A DNA stretch of 64,000 bases from a virus (IMGVR_UViG_3300012953_000013:1-64000); one strand, 5' to 3'. Positions 46,514 to 57,029 are shown, counted from the first letter of the stretch. Notes: generated from the sequence alone by a model not told the origin. Numbers and translations: made by a program.

Positions 46514-47098
46514 CTAATTTTGAGTGTCAGCAATTTCTGAATCGATAGCTTCTTGAATGGCTTTTTCTAAAGCCGCTGAGCTCCAACCCCTTATTATTTC
46601 TACAATCACTAAATCGCTATTCAGTATATAAAAAGTCGGAAAACCCGTAATATTCCAGTATTCAGAAACTATCATATCTCTGTTTCCAGCAAGAACGGGC
46701 GCGGTGATGTTATAATGGGTACACCATCTTTCCTGAGCTTGAAGTGTTGGTGGAGAGTTTCCAGCCATATCTTCAATTAAAACAGTTACGTAAGAAAAGG
46801 GAGTATCTTTTGATATTTCATCTTGGGTTGCTTGGGTTTCTTCAGCAGCTACATGGCAATATCCACACCACTCAGTAGCAAAGTCTAAAACTATAACTTC
46901 GCCATAATGGGAATATAAATTCCAGTCTTTACCGTTTTGATCTTGGAGCGTGAAATCGCAAGCATGATCACCAACTTCGAAACCACATTCTGTCCAGTGG
47001 ATTGGATCTGGTTGGCTTGTCTCTTCATCTACTGATTTTGATCCACAGCCTGGCGAACAGCCAAAAAGAATCATTGATAATATCAGAAAACGAATCAT
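46514..47098 (-). CDS. Redoxin/TlpA-like lipoprotein
   Basis: ILFGC lipobox, DFTL, WCGYC, GFPTFYIL. Confidence 0.85.
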   Translation of the reverse strand: MIRFLILSMILFGCSPGCGSKSVDEETSQPDPIHWTECGFEVGDHACDFTLQDQNGKDWNLYSHYGEVIVLDFATEWCGYCHVAAEETQATQDEISKDTPFSYVTVLIEDMAGNSPPTLQAQERWCTHYNITAPVLAGNRDMIVSEYWNITGFPTFYILNSDLVIVEIIRGWSSAALEKAIQEAIDSEIADTQN

Positions 47099-47156
47099 TG
47101 CGTAATACCGCCCAGTAAAGCTAAGTATTACGCAATGAGGTTTTGTAGACTAAATT

Positions 47157-49028
47157 TTAAGAATCAGAAACGTCTTCGAATTCTGCATCCACCACGTCAT
47201 CATTAGGCGGAGGGTTAGATTCTGAAGTTTGAGCACTTGAAGCATTGTATAATTCTGAGCTCAGTGCATGGAGCTTAGATTCTAGATTTTCAAATGCCGT
47301 CTTCAAATCTTCTCCTGACTCTAAAGCTGATCTTCCCTCTTCTAGAGCTTGGTTAATAGAAGACATTGTCTCTTCAGAAACATTTTCTTTATTTTCATCA
47401 ACCATCTTTTGAGTCTGGTAAATCAAAGAATCAAGCTTGTTTTTAGCTTCAACTTGTTCAAACTTTAGCTTATCTTCTTCTGCTGCTGCTTCTGCATCAG
47501 CAACCATGGATTCAATATCCTTATCAGATAATCCTCCCTGCCCTTCAATTCTAATGCTTTGTTCTTTTCCTGTAGCCTTATCTTTAGCAGCAACACTTAA
47601 AATTCCATTTGCGTCTAGATCGAAAGTAACCTCAATTTGAGGAATACCTCTAGGAGCGGGTGGAATGCCTGAAAGCTGAAACTTTCCGAGGGTTCTGTTG
47701 TCTTTAGAGAATTTTCTTTCTCCTTGAAGAACATGAATATCGACAGCAGATTGATTATCTGCAGCGGTACTAAACACCTCTGTTTTTGCTGTTGGAATAG
47801 TTGAATTTCTTTGAATTAAAACTGTATTCACACCGCCAATGGTTTCGATTCCCAAAGATAGCGGTGTTACGTCTAGCAAGAGGATGTCCGTAACATGTCC
47901 AGAAAACACCCCGCCCTGAACTGCTGCTCCAAGTGCGACTACCTCATCAGGATTAACTGAAGAGTTTGCTTCTTTTCCAAAAAAATCTTCAACAGCTTTA
48001 CGAACAGCGGGAATTCTAGTAGAACCACCCACTAGAATTACTTCATCAATATCACCTTTAGATAGGCTGGCATCTTTCAAAGCATTTTTAACTGGAACAA
48101 GAGTTTTTTGAACAAAGGAATCAATCATTTGTTCAAACTTAGCGCGAGTTAAAGAGTGAACAAGGTGCTTTGGACCACTAGCGTCTGCAGTAATAAAAGG
48201 AAGATTAATATCAGACTTCTGCGCAGAAGACAGCTCAATCTTCGTTCTTTCAGCGGCTTCCTTTACTCTTTGAAGTACAATTGCATCGCCAGAAATATCA
48301 ATCCCGGTGTCTTTCTTAAACACAGACATTAGGTGCTCAATCAAAATTTGATCGACATCATCGCCACCTAAGTGGGTATCGCCATTCGTGCTTAAAACTT
48401 CAATAACCCCATCAGCAATTTCTAGAATAGAGATATCGAAAGTACCACCACCGAGGTCAAAAACAGCTACTTTTTGCTCTTTTGATTTGTCCATCCCATA
48501 AGCAAGAGCAGCGGCTGTTGGTTCGTTAATAATTCTCTTGACGTCTAGACCCGCAATCTTTCCAGCGTCTTTTGTGGCCTGTCGCTGAGCGTCATTGAAG
48601 TACGCAGGTACAGTAATTACTGCTTCGGTTACTTCTTGACCCAAGTATTTTTCAGCTTCTCTCTTAAGCTTCATCAAAACTTGAGCTGAGATTTCTTGAG
48701 GGGATAACTTTTTGTCGCCAACAATAATCCGGCAATCTCCCGACTCACCCCCAACAATCTTATAAGGAACCTTAGAAAGTTCTTCTTTTGCTTCGTTAAA
48801 GCGCATTCCCATGAATCGCTTCACCGAGTAAATTGTTGTCTCTGGATTTACAACTGATTGTCTTCGCGCAGAAGCTCCAACTAACCTATCTCCATCTTTG
48901 GTATAAGCGACAACAGATGGGGTAGTTCTGGTACCCTCTTCGTTTGTAATAACTTTTGGATTTTTTGGATCAACAACTGCGACAGCAGAATTAGTAGTAC
49001 CCAAGTCAATTCCGATAACTTTTCCCAT
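47157..49028 (-). CDS. dnaK: Chaperone DnaK (Hsp70)
   Basis: [53 protein letters not shown] tail. Confidence 0.98.
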   Translation of the reverse strand: MGKVIGIDLGTTNSAVAVVDPKNPKVITNEEGTRTTPSVVAYTKDGDRLVGASARRQSVVNPETTIYSVKRFMGMRFNEAKEELSKVPYKIVGGESGDCRIIVGDKKLSPQEISAQVLMKLKREAEKYLGQEVTEAVITVPAYFNDAQRQATKDAGKIAGLDVKRIINEPTAAALAYGMDKSKEQKVAVFDLGGGTFDISILEIADGVIEVLSTNGDTHLGGDDVDQILIEHLMSVFKKDTGIDISGDAIVLQRVKEAAERTKIELSSAQKSDINLPFITADASGPKHLVHSLTRAKFEQMIDSFVQKTLVPVKNALKDASLSKGDIDEVILVGGSTRIPAVRKAVEDFFGKEANSSVNPDEVVALGAAVQGGVFSGHVTDILLLDVTPLSLGIETIGGVNTVLIQRNSTIPTAKTEVFSTAADNQSAVDIHVLQGERKFSKDNRTLGKFQLSGIPPAPRGIPQIEVTFDLDANGILSVAAKDKATGKEQSIRIEGQGGLSDKDIESMVADAEAAAEEDKLKFEQVEAKNKLDSLIYQTQKMVDENKENVSEETMSSINQALEEGRSALESGEDLKTAFENLESKLHALSSELYNASSAQTSESNPPPNDDVVDAEFEDVSDS

Positions 49029-49056
49029 TTTAACTCTTCTCCTTTTAGAATTAAAA

Positions 49057-49084
49057 TCTGGCCCGAGATATTACTCGGGCCAGA
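49057..49084 (-). terminator. 11 bp hairpin between hsp20 and dnaK (terminator or stabiliser)
   Basis: TCTGGCCCGAG-atatta-CTCGGGCCAGA followed by TTTT on the minus strand. Confidence 0.65.
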
Positions 49085-49093
49085 AATAAATTT

Positions 49094-49528
49094 TTACTGA
49101 ATTTCGATTGAAACTGGCTGAACTTCTGGGCGAGGTGGTACTTCAATTGTAAGAAGACCATTTTCGAACCGAGCGGTAGCAAGAGTCAAGTCTAGGTTAT
49201 TGTCATAATTGACAAAAGTCTTTGTGAAAGACCTGCGAGCAATACGCCGGTCATTGCGACCGTCTTCCCCAGACTCTGCAGAAACTGTGATACTCTTCTT
49301 TTCAGGCGAAATATTCACAGTAAGTTCAGATCGACTAAATCCAGCCAAAGCAAATTCCAAAATAGTGGAACCCTCTTCACCTCGATAGATATCGGCTACT
49401 GGATATCCCTGTGTCGATTGACGAAGATAAGTGGGAAACTCATTTGAGAAAACATCTCCAAAGAGATCCTCAAGAACTGAGCGGCCCAGAAGGCTTGGAC
49501 GATAAGTAGTAAGTTGTCTCGTAGTCAT
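49094..49528 (-). CDS. Small heat-shock protein (Hsp20/IbpA family)
   Basis: YPVADIY, ALAGF, IARRSF, ARFENGLLTI. Confidence 0.92.
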   Translation of the reverse strand: MTTRQLTTYRPSLLGRSVLEDLFGDVFSNEFPTYLRQSTQGYPVADIYRGEEGSTILEFALAGFSRSELTVNISPEKKSITVSAESGEDGRNDRRIARRSFTKTFVNYDNNLDLTLATARFENGLLTIEVPPRPEVQPVSIEIQ

Positions 49529-49770
49529 ATTAATTCTCCTTTACTAAGCGAGTGTAATTTACTGAGGCTTCAAGATCCCAAACGGCAATCTTTCCGCCTG
49601 ATTAAAAGATAATCACGGTATCAATAATGTACATTATATAAATTATTTTTTTAGACAATTATCTAAAATACAAAGAAATGAGGCACCTATTCACTGGTCC
49701 TCGCAGAATCAAGTTAAGAAACCGCGTCTCGGTCGTATGTCCCGTGCCTCCCTGCGGACTCACGACTTAA

Positions 49771-50019
49771 TTATAGGCGATTCTTAATAATATCACCCAA
49801 ATCTAAACCATGGTTATTACCGCGCTCTACAAAAGCATAAAGCTTTTCAGCCACAATAATAACATCTTCGGTTGCATAGGGATTAACCGGCTGTCGGTCA
49901 ACTTCTTCTTTAAAATGCTCGTTCTCAAACTGACGAGCACCACGGCTTTCTAAGATACCAATTGCCATACCCAATAGGTCGGCGCGGATGGCATACCCGC
50001 TCTTCTTTGAATCACTCAT
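49771..50019 (-). CDS. Small hypothetical phage protein (YAIRADLL...AEKLYAFV)
   Basis: 82 aa; AAGGAG RBS. Confidence 0.7.
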   Translation of the reverse strand: MSDSKKSGYAIRADLLGMAIGILESRGARQFENEHFKEEVDRQPVNPYATEDVIIVAEKLYAFVERGNNHGLDLGDIIKNRL

Positions 50020-50187
50020 TTTATTCTCCTTTATGTGTGTGTGTAAATGAGTTGTGGGTTAATCTCCACTATAGAAGAATATCAATAATTTTGCAAAGAT
50101 AAAATGTCATACTGCGTTTTTGAGATTAAGCCTAACTCAAACAGCTTGTCGATACACTCATTATCTCTAGATAAATGCTTTGAGAAG

Positions 50188-50548
50188 TGGTGGAGGCGGC
50201 GGGAGTCGAACCCGCGTCCGCAATAGTCTAAGTTTGAGTCATTCACAAGCTTAGTTGATTAATTCCCTAACCAACAAGGTATCTCGAAAAAATCCATCCA
50301 TCCGCATCGAGAATTAGGATCCACCTGTTAAAACAGGGTAACCGATTTTTGATCTTATTTATTTCAGTGAGATCAACCACTTATCCTAAATTGGTTAGAT
50401 GGCCTTAGGAAGCCACCCGATTAAGCTGCTAGAGCGTATTCGTAATTGTCGTTATTGTTGGCAATTATAGTTGTTGAACTTTTAAGGTTGTATCTTACCT
50501 ACTTGCACTCTCCCCCGGATTCTACCCCGTCGAAACCGTGACGCCCCC
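50188..50548 (-). ncRNA. ssrA: tmRNA, tag (A)NNNDNYEYALAA
   Basis: 5' GGGGGCG...TTCGAC; 3' TTCGACTCCCGCCGCCTCCACCA with G3-U70; tag ORF 50421-50462. Confidence 0.96.
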
Positions 50549-50553
50549 TTAAA

Positions 50554-50616
50554 TTAACAGCAACTTTTGCATTCGCATGTGCAACATTCGCAGCACTTAC
50601 AATTTTGATTTTTCAT
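50554..50616 (-). CDS. 20-aa metallothionein-like peptide MKNQNCKCCECCTCECKSCC
   Basis: 9 Cys of 20; AAGGAG RBS; TTGAAA-N17-TATAGT promoter upstream. Confidence 0.6.
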   Translation of the reverse strand: MKNQNCKCCECCTCECKSCC

Positions 50617-50677
50617 ATCAAACTCCTTTTAAGCCGGTTGTATTTCTAACTATACTCTGATTCTCCAAAATTTTCAA

Positions 50678-50818
50678 CTAATCAGAATCGTTTTTTATTT
50701 TAACTACGTCGCATTCCATCATAGAATATGCTACACCAGAAGCAACAATGGAGCCGTATATAGTGCCTGCTCCAAAAGCTAAGCTAATAAATCCTACTTG
50801 CATTAGCCATAGTTTCAT
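50678..50818 (-). CDS. 46-aa membrane peptide
   Basis: Translated by hand; GAGG RBS. Confidence 0.5.
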   Translation of the reverse strand: MKLWLMQVGFISLAFGAGTIYGSIVASGVAYSMMECDVVKIKNDSD

Positions 50819-50881
50819 TTTATACCTCGCACGCTCAAATTATAAATAAGCGTTGGTATAATTATAATTCATTAGAGTTGG

Positions 50882-51247
50882 ATGTACAGAGTGAATACGA
50901 TATTTGTAAACGACAGCCCAGTAGAAGTAGAAGTTGCTGATACTGACTTTAAGAGAGGTCTTGGGTTGATGTATCGAAGAGAACTTCCGGATACGCAGGG
51001 GATGTTTTTTATTTTTCCAGAAAACAAAGACCGCTCTTTTTGGATGAAAGACACTCATATACCACTCTCTATTGCATACATAAATGATAATGGGGTTATC
51101 ATCAACATCGAAGATATGGAACCACTCAGCCTTGACAGCGTGAACTCTAAACAGCCTTGCAGATACGCTTTAGAGATGAATAGAGGCTGGTTTAAAAAAA
51201 ATAACGTCTCAGTAGGCGATGAAATTAGAGGTTTCCATGGGTGGTGA
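50882..51247 (+). CDS. DUF192 family protein
   Basis: VEVADT...GLMYR, GMFFIF, FWMKDT.IPLSIAYI, YALEM. Confidence 0.9.
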   Translation: MYRVNTIFVNDSPVEVEVADTDFKRGLGLMYRRELPDTQGMFFIFPENKDRSFWMKDTHIPLSIAYINDNGVIINIEDMEPLSLDSVNSKQPCRYALEMNRGWFKKNNVSVGDEIRGFHGW

Positions 51248-52040
51248 TTATAAAGTCTTGGGGTATATAAAACCAACTTCTTCTTTTCACACAATTGAAG
51301 ATTGGCAAAACGCTGCTTTAAGATTACTCGAGCTTCAAAAATATGGAATGGATACTAGGGGCGGCGAAATAAGTTGCAAAGATATGAAATTTTGCAGCGA
51401 TGAAGACTTTCAAGAATTTGTATCCATAGTTTCTAAGTATTTTGGACACTTACTCAAAACAGAAGTTCCAAGATACGATCTCTTAACAGAGAAAAATGTT
51501 CTTGATTTTATAGAAGACTTTGTCAACCACAGAGTCTGGGGATTAGAAAATGAATTCAACAGTTATTTTCCTGATATTGACGACTTGCGCTTTAGCTACT
51601 TTTATTCTCGTGGGGACATTGAACCGTATGTCCTCCTCGATGAAACCTATACGAATCAGATCTACGGATCGACGTGGAACCCGAAAATAGTAAATCACTA
51701 TACTAGCGAAAAGGGCTTGGCAAACTTACAAAACTCAATAAGCTCTGGAGAAAGATATGACATTTCTTCTTTCACTTACATGGAAAGACCATTTTTTAGA
51801 AAAGAGTCTACAATTTGTGTTACGCTAATTGGTAATGTAAGAGCTGCTTTTCGAAGTGATATAAAATCTCTATCTACTGACAGTGGAAGAAGAGCATGTA
51901 ATCTTTACAGACTTGAATATCCCGGGAAAGACATAAACAATATTTGTTTTGATTTAGATAGATGCGATAAAACAAAGAGAACTCACTTGTGGAATGAGTT
52001 TATAGTTACGCCAATCGAAATCTTAAAAATTCAAAAATAA
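51219..52040 (+). CDS. Hypothetical protein (HYTSxxGL motif)
   Basis: 273 aa; operon with DUF192 gene. Confidence 0.7.
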   Translation: MKLEVSMGGDYKVLGYIKPTSSFHTIEDWQNAALRLLELQKYGMDTRGGEISCKDMKFCSDEDFQEFVSIVSKYFGHLLKTEVPRYDLLTEKNVLDFIEDFVNHRVWGLENEFNSYFPDIDDLRFSYFYSRGDIEPYVLLDETYTNQIYGSTWNPKIVNHYTSEKGLANLQNSISSGERYDISSFTYMERPFFRKESTICVTLIGNVRAAFRSDIKSLSTDSGRRACNLYRLEYPGKDINNICFDLDRCDKTKRTHLWNEFIVTPIEILKIQK

Positions 52041-52396
52041 ACTTGAATCGCTAATATAAGAAAAGACAAGAGGATGCAAACCATTGTTTTTGCTGTCCAC
52101 ATAGACTCCCCCAATAGTGCCCAAGTTAAAATCGGAAAGACTAGATATGAAAGGCCGAAACCAATAAATCTAATCTGCCAAACACTGCCGCTCATTGCTT
52201 CATAGATAAGTCTAGAACCATAATAACCAAGCGCCCCAATTAGAGGTCCAATTACCATCGCAAAAGCTAACCCATGATTAGAGAAAAAAGATTCTAAAGA
52301 GCTATCTTTAATGAATTGGCCATTAGCTGAAAACCACACCAAAATGTGCAGCAAAACTATAAGGGAACTTCCAAACAAGAGTCCAGTTAAATTCAT
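52031..52396 (-). CDS. Multi-pass membrane protein (DMT-like)
   Basis: Four hydrophobic helices. Confidence 0.7.
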   Translation of the reverse strand: MNLTGLLFGSSLIVLLHILVWFSANGQFIKDSSLESFFSNHGLAFAMVIGPLIGALGYYGSRLIYEAMSGSVWQIRFIGFGLSYLVFPILTWALLGESMWTAKTMVCILLSFLILAIQVYF

Positions 52397-53457
52397 AATA
52401 CTTCCCTCAAAGCTTTCATTGCTTCTTCCTGCTGTTTGTTTAGTTCTTTTGGTATCTCTACTTCAATATTTACGTAATGAATACCCTTATCACCCTTATG
52501 GTTCTCTACTCCAGCGCCTTGAATCATGAGAGTAGAACCGGGCTGGCATCCGCGAGGTACTCTTAACACCCAAACGTCATTCACAGTTTTTACTTTAATC
52601 TCTCCGCCAAGAGAAGCAGTTGTGAAACAGATTTTTTCTGTAGAATAAATGTCGCTATTTTTTCTAGTAAAACCAGAATAAGAAGAGGGAGAAACAACCT
52701 CTAAATAAACATCGCCTGGGGGTACTGTAGAATCTATAGAGTGACCAGCCTTAGAAAGTCTAATTTTTTGACCGGACTTTATCCCCTTTGGAATCTTTAT
52801 CTTTGTGCTTATTTGTTCTTCAGTTACACCTTGCCCCCTGCACGCAAAACAGGCTGGTGGTGGCTCTTTTCCAGAACCTCCGCAAGCGCGGCAAGTCGTT
52901 TGAATAACCATAGAACCGTGTCTTTGAGTTATTTGTCCAGCTCCATTACATTGGCGACAAATAGATAAATCACGCTTGGTATCGAATCCAAATCCATCGC
53001 ATCTTTGACAAGTTATTTGTCTCTTATATTGAACTTCGCTTTCACCGCCACTTATACAATCCATAAAGCTCAATCGAATTTTCAAGTGAAGCGGGGGATT
53101 CTTTTGGCGTTGGCTTCTTCTTTCTCTTCGGTGACCAGAACTTCGCTGCTGAGATCCGAAAAATTCACTGAAGATGTCTCCAAATCCGCCAAAATTTCCA
53201 AATCCACCGAAGGGATTTCGGCCATGGTCTGAGCTCATGTTAGAAAATGGATTAGGGTTATCATATTCAGATCTTTTCTGTTCATCAGAAAGCACTGCGT
53301 AGGCTTCAGATATCTTCTTAAATTTATCTTCCGCTACCTTGTTTCCAGAATTTTTATCTGGGTGGTATTTAACAGCTAATTTCCGATATGCTTTTTTTAT
53401 CTCACTTTGAGTGGCATTCTTATTAACCCCTAAAATAGTGTAAAAATCTTCCATCAC
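52393..53457 (-). CDS. dnaJ: Chaperone DnaJ
   Basis: J domain with HPD, G/F-rich linker, four CxxCxGxG repeats, C-terminal domain. Confidence 0.95.
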   Translation of the reverse strand: MMEDFYTILGVNKNATQSEIKKAYRKLAVKYHPDKNSGNKVAEDKFKKISEAYAVLSDEQKRSEYDNPNPFSNMSSDHGRNPFGGFGNFGGFGDIFSEFFGSQQRSSGHRRERRSQRQKNPPLHLKIRLSFMDCISGGESEVQYKRQITCQRCDGFGFDTKRDLSICRQCNGAGQITQRHGSMVIQTTCRACGGSGKEPPPACFACRGQGVTEEQISTKIKIPKGIKSGQKIRLSKAGHSIDSTVPPGDVYLEVVSPSSYSGFTRKNSDIYSTEKICFTTASLGGEIKVKTVNDVWVLRVPRGCQPGSTLMIQGAGVENHKGDKGIHYVNIEVEIPKELNKQQEEAMKALREVL

Positions 53458-53741
53458 ACAACTCTCTTAAGATATTTTGCTGGGACTGCTTTATACAAAG
53501 TGTTTTCAAACAACAGATCAACACAAAGAATCAAAGAATTTACTATAAACATTCTTCCGTGGCGATTATTTTGGTGAATAGTAGGTTGTTCATGTTCATA
53601 AGGAGACGTCATGACAATAAGAAAATCCCCCTCTTTTAAAAGCTTAAGAGAAGTGAATAATTCTTCTTGAATTTCTGTCGCGGTCATAGATTCAACTGAT
53701 GGTAAATTTAATTGAACCAAGTCCCCTTTTTTAATAGCCAT
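53454..53741 (-). CDS. GDLV protein
   Basis: IKKGDLVQL. Confidence 0.7.
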   Translation of the reverse strand: MAIKKGDLVQLNLPSVESMTATEIQEELFTSLKLLKEGDFLIVMTSPYEHEQPTIHQNNRHGRMFIVNSLILCVDLLFENTLYKAVPAKYLKRVV

Positions 53742-54098
53742 TTAAAACCTCAACTCTTCCCAATCGCCATTCCAATTGGTATACTTTACTTTCTTAATAC
53801 CAGACTTGCGGAGTTCTTTCTCACAAAACTTACATGGCTTAGCCATTGTAAACTCATGATTGCATTTATTAAACCGCATAACTTCAATTTCATCTCCCGG
53901 CTCTGCAAATCGCAAAACATTCATTTCTGCGTGCATATGAGATGCCCAGGTGCCGTCAGCGTAACGCCTCTTGAACCTTGGGTGAGTTTTATCAGTATTT
54001 TCACCAACCCTCACAACCTTTCCGTTACGGCGCAAGATTGCTGCTAGGTGATAAGTGCGACCATTATTGATAGCTAAATCTTTAGCTCGATAATACAC
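53742..54098 (-). CDS. Cytidine/dCMP deaminase-fold protein
   Basis: HAE ... KPCKFC zinc motif. Confidence 0.8.
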   Translation of the reverse strand: MYYRAKDLAINNGRTYHLAAILRRNGKVVRVGENTDKTHPRFKRRYADGTWASHMHAEMNVLRFAEPGDEIEVMRFNKCNHEFTMAKPCKFCEKELRKSGIKKVKYTNWNGDWEELRF

Positions 54099-54151
54099 TT
54101 GGCATAGTTACCTCCTCAATTAATCATATCAAAAGAGAAGGAAGTGTTCAA

Positions 54152-54364
54152 CTAAAGTTGGCATCCGGAGGTGGAATCAATTATGTCTTTGACATTTATT
54201 AGCTGATCGTCTATCATCATTAGGGGGATCAACTGAGTATCAGAGTGTTGGGCAGGGCCTATAACTTCGATAGGGTGTTGGATTTGTTTACCATACACAA
54301 AAGAATTAACTGCCCAAAGCAAAATAAACGTAGACAGCAACATAGAGACTTTAAGAAACTTCAT
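54152..54364 (-). CDS. Small secreted protein
   Basis: Signal-like N-terminus. Confidence 0.55.
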   Translation of the reverse strand: MKFLKVSMLLSTFILLWAVNSFVYGKQIQHPIEVIGPAQHSDTQLIPLMMIDDQLINVKDIIDSTSGCQL

Positions 54365-54399
54365 AACTAGAAACCCTTTATAATATTCCTATATATTAC

Positions 54400-56193
54400 T
54401 TACAGTTTAATTCTATCAATAACTGGATTGTAAGAATAACTAAGTTCACGATAAAGTTTTTTGATTACTTTCTTAGTTATTTCAAGAACGGCTCCTTCGA
54501 GCTGCTTTCCTTTTAATTCACGGCCCATTTCATCTTTGGCCATTTCAAGAATCATTTTTTGAAACTTAGAAGACTTGAGCTCTTTTTGAAGATTTTTTTG
54601 AAAGTCTTTGTTTTGTTGGACTCTATCAGCTTCGATTCTCTTTACGATCATTTTTTCGATTTCTTTTTTATCAGATCTTGTGAGTTCTTCATTTATAAGC
54701 TGGAGGAGTCTTCGAGATCTTCTCTTGTTTTCACTAAGGATAACTTCCATTGCTGCTTTATTTTTAACGCCATTTTCTACAGCGCTTTTAATCTTGTTTA
54801 AATCAGATAAAAATTCCATAACTGTTAGGCTGGATCCAATTTGAGATAAAACGTGGTTTTTTGCTGTGTTTGAGACATTTGAAGCTTCTAGAAATTTAAT
54901 AAAAGCTTCACCTCTTGCTGGCCAAGAAGAAGGGTCTAGTGGTTTAAGAAGATTTTCCCATGCAGCATTAACTCCTAAATCATCAGCTCCAATCGCATAA
55001 CTCCTAGCTTCTTCACCCCGGTTAGCATAAGCAGATTTAAGAGCATCTTTCAGGCTTTTTGAGTAAGGAAGGCCCGGGCTTCCAGCTATAACAGAAGCTA
55101 TATCTACAATTTCTCTTTGTTCTAAATCAGACTCTCCAGCTTCAATTTTTATAATCTCTTGCACAACACTTTGAGGAGAAGCTTCGATTAAAGAAGGGTA
55201 ATTCGCTGCTGCAAATTGGGCAGGTCCCCCAATTTGAAAATTATACGTTATTCTGCCGCTAGACTGCTGGCTGTTTGGATAAGGTGGTAGTCTTAAGGAA
55301 TTACTACTCAAATTTTCTACTTGAAAATTTCCGTTGCCCGTAATCAAAACTATATATTTTTCATCACTTCTTTCTCCTCTGACAAGAGACATTTTAGCAA
55401 TATTAGCAACATACCAGCTGATTATGGCTTTTACTTTATCATAGTCTTGAAAATCTACGGGGGATTGGCCATCTAACGTGGCGTCTATCAGTTCGTTATA
55501 AGTCCCTTTTCCTCCAAAAACTTCTGTCACTGAGTCTTGAATAAAGTTAAAGAGATCAGATTCTTCTGGAGGGGTAGTTTGAAATAACTGCTGTATGTAA
55601 ACTGAGCTGTTGGCGTTAGTTGGACCTTTAATTCCCTTTGAGGTATCTGCAAAATATTTTACGTGATACTCTGTAGAACCTTTTTTCAAATCTGCATCTT
55701 CGGGCCCACCATCTCCCGGATCTAATCCATGGAGAAGGCCAAACAAAAGCTCGCCTCTACCAATAGATGGTTGGGGTCCTCCCGCTATATTCATCACCCA
55801 ATCTGTACCAGGAGGGGCTTTAGATTTTCCAACTCCGGGAGCTCCCATTCCTCCCTTATTTAAAGTATCGTATAGAGAAGGATTTTCTATTTTTAAAACT
55901 GACCACTTTTTAGCAAAATATTTTGTAACAGGCCCCTCAGCATTTTTGCCGTCTATGTGAGCGCAAACATCTTTTGCTAGCTCCGGAATATCTTCGATAG
56001 ATACGGGAGCTGCTTCATTTGGAATCATACCAGAAGACTTAAGAGAATCAGTAACTTCAGAAGCTGTTTTTCCAGGAGAAGAAACAAAAGTGTCGTCGCC
56101 AACTTCAATAGAAATAGTCTCTTTTAAAAGCTTGTCTACTAAGCTATCAACATTTGGAGCTCTATCCCAAACTATAGGGTTTTTAGACTTCAT
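54400..56193 (-). CDS. Large multi-module protein with tag-like segments and charged C-terminal helical domain
   Basis: VDSLVDKLLKE; RRLLQLINEE; ATAATTA upstream; ATG at 56193 (in-frame GTG at 56199 also possible). Confidence 0.8.
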   Translation of the reverse strand: MKSKNPIVWDRAPNVDSLVDKLLKETISIEVGDDTFVSSPGKTASEVTDSLKSSGMIPNEAAPVSIEDIPELAKDVCAHIDGKNAEGPVTKYFAKKWSVLKIENPSLYDTLNKGGMGAPGVGKSKAPPGTDWVMNIAGGPQPSIGRGELLFGLLHGLDPGDGGPEDADLKKGSTEYHVKYFADTSKGIKGPTNANSSVYIQQLFQTTPPEESDLFNFIQDSVTEVFGGKGTYNELIDATLDGQSPVDFQDYDKVKAIISWYVANIAKMSLVRGERSDEKYIVLITGNGNFQVENLSSNSLRLPPYPNSQQSSGRITYNFQIGGPAQFAAANYPSLIEASPQSVVQEIIKIEAGESDLEQREIVDIASVIAGSPGLPYSKSLKDALKSAYANRGEEARSYAIGADDLGVNAAWENLLKPLDPSSWPARGEAFIKFLEASNVSNTAKNHVLSQIGSSLTVMEFLSDLNKIKSAVENGVKNKAAMEVILSENKRRSRRLLQLINEELTRSDKKEIEKMIVKRIEADRVQQNKDFQKNLQKELKSSKFQKMILEMAKDEMGRELKGKQLEGAVLEITKKVIKKLYRELSYSYNPVIDRIKL

Positions 56194-56215
56194 GGTCACC
56201 TTCCACTATTAATTA

Positions 56216-56602
56216 TTACGATAGTCTAGGATAATAAACAAATTCTATTGTGTTTCCATCCGGATCTGTTATATAGTGATACGCAGAACCGTCTCTGTGG
56301 TAAGATGGACTGTTTGATGGTATATCACTCAACTCTTTTACTTCAAAGCCCAGATGAGGTGGATGCTGTGAGGCAACTGTAAGAGCTATCTTAGATTCAC
56401 CAACTTTCAACATTGCCCAGGAATCATCTTCATAAATCACATCTGCCCCGAGGTTTTCTTTATACCACGAGGCAGAACTATTAATGTTATCAACATTAAG
56501 AGCTACATGATCAAGGCGCGTCACCTTCTTCTTCAATTCCGATTCGGCCGTCAAATTGGCTTTGGTATATAATTCTTCCTGCATTAGTCCTCGCATTTTC
56601 AA
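56216..56602 (-). CDS. VOC/glyoxalase family protein
   Basis: LDHVALNV, WYKENLG, HLGFEV, DPDGNTIEF. Confidence 0.88.
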   Translation of the reverse strand: MKMRGLMQEELYTKANLTAESELKKKVTRLDHVALNVDNINSSASWYKENLGADVIYEDDSWAMLKVGESKIALTVASQHPPHLGFEVKELSDIPSNSPSYHRDGSAYHYITDPDGNTIEFVYYPRLS

Positions 56603-56738
56603 TTATATCTAAAGCTTCTGTGTATGTACAGCCGTGCTTCAAAAATTCTGATATTCCGTAGCTTAAAACTTCTAGAGAGGTCTCAGCGTCTAGTATTCGC
56701 TGGCCTTTTGCTTTTTCATATAGTTCTTCAAATTCCAT
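56511..56738 (-). CDS. Hypothetical protein
   Basis: 75 aa; overlaps the 5' extension of the VOC ORF, whose true start is probably later. Confidence 0.65.
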   Translation of the reverse strand: MEFEELYEKAKGQRILDAETSLEVLSYGISEFLKHGCTYTEALDIIENARTNAGRIIYQSQFDGRIGIEEEGDAP

Positions 56739-56771
56739 AATAATTCTCCCGAGAATATAAATATTCCGCCC

Positions 56772-57029
56772 TTATTCAAACATCACGGATGTTTCAAAAT
56801 ATGCCATGGCAGAAATATCGTCCCAGTTATTTTCTTTTTGTAGATCTTCAAATAGTTCTTGAAACTCCGAAGGGTCCAATCTACAAATTTCCATAGTTCT
56901 TTCTTTGATTTTTTCTTTTGCTTCCATGAGCTGTTGAGGTCCCAAAAGAGAAAATCTACTAATAACGTATCTAAACATTCTGACTTTTTCTGATTCTATT
57001 TCGTGCATCGACATAATGACCTCCATCAC
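56772..57029 (-). CDS. Hypothetical protein
   Basis: 85 aa. Confidence 0.65.
   Translation of the reverse strand: MMEVIMSMHEIESEKVRMFRYVISRFSLLGPQQLMEAKEKIKERTMEICRLDPSEFQELFEDLQKENNWDDISAMAYFETSVMFE

Noticed and set aside
49690-49770. SRP (4.5S) RNA or hammerhead ribozyme
   Set aside because: Superficial UCC-loop-GGA similarity, but the loop is GCAG rather than GNRA, the CAGG/AGCA symmetric loop is absent and there is no CUGAUGA/GAAA core
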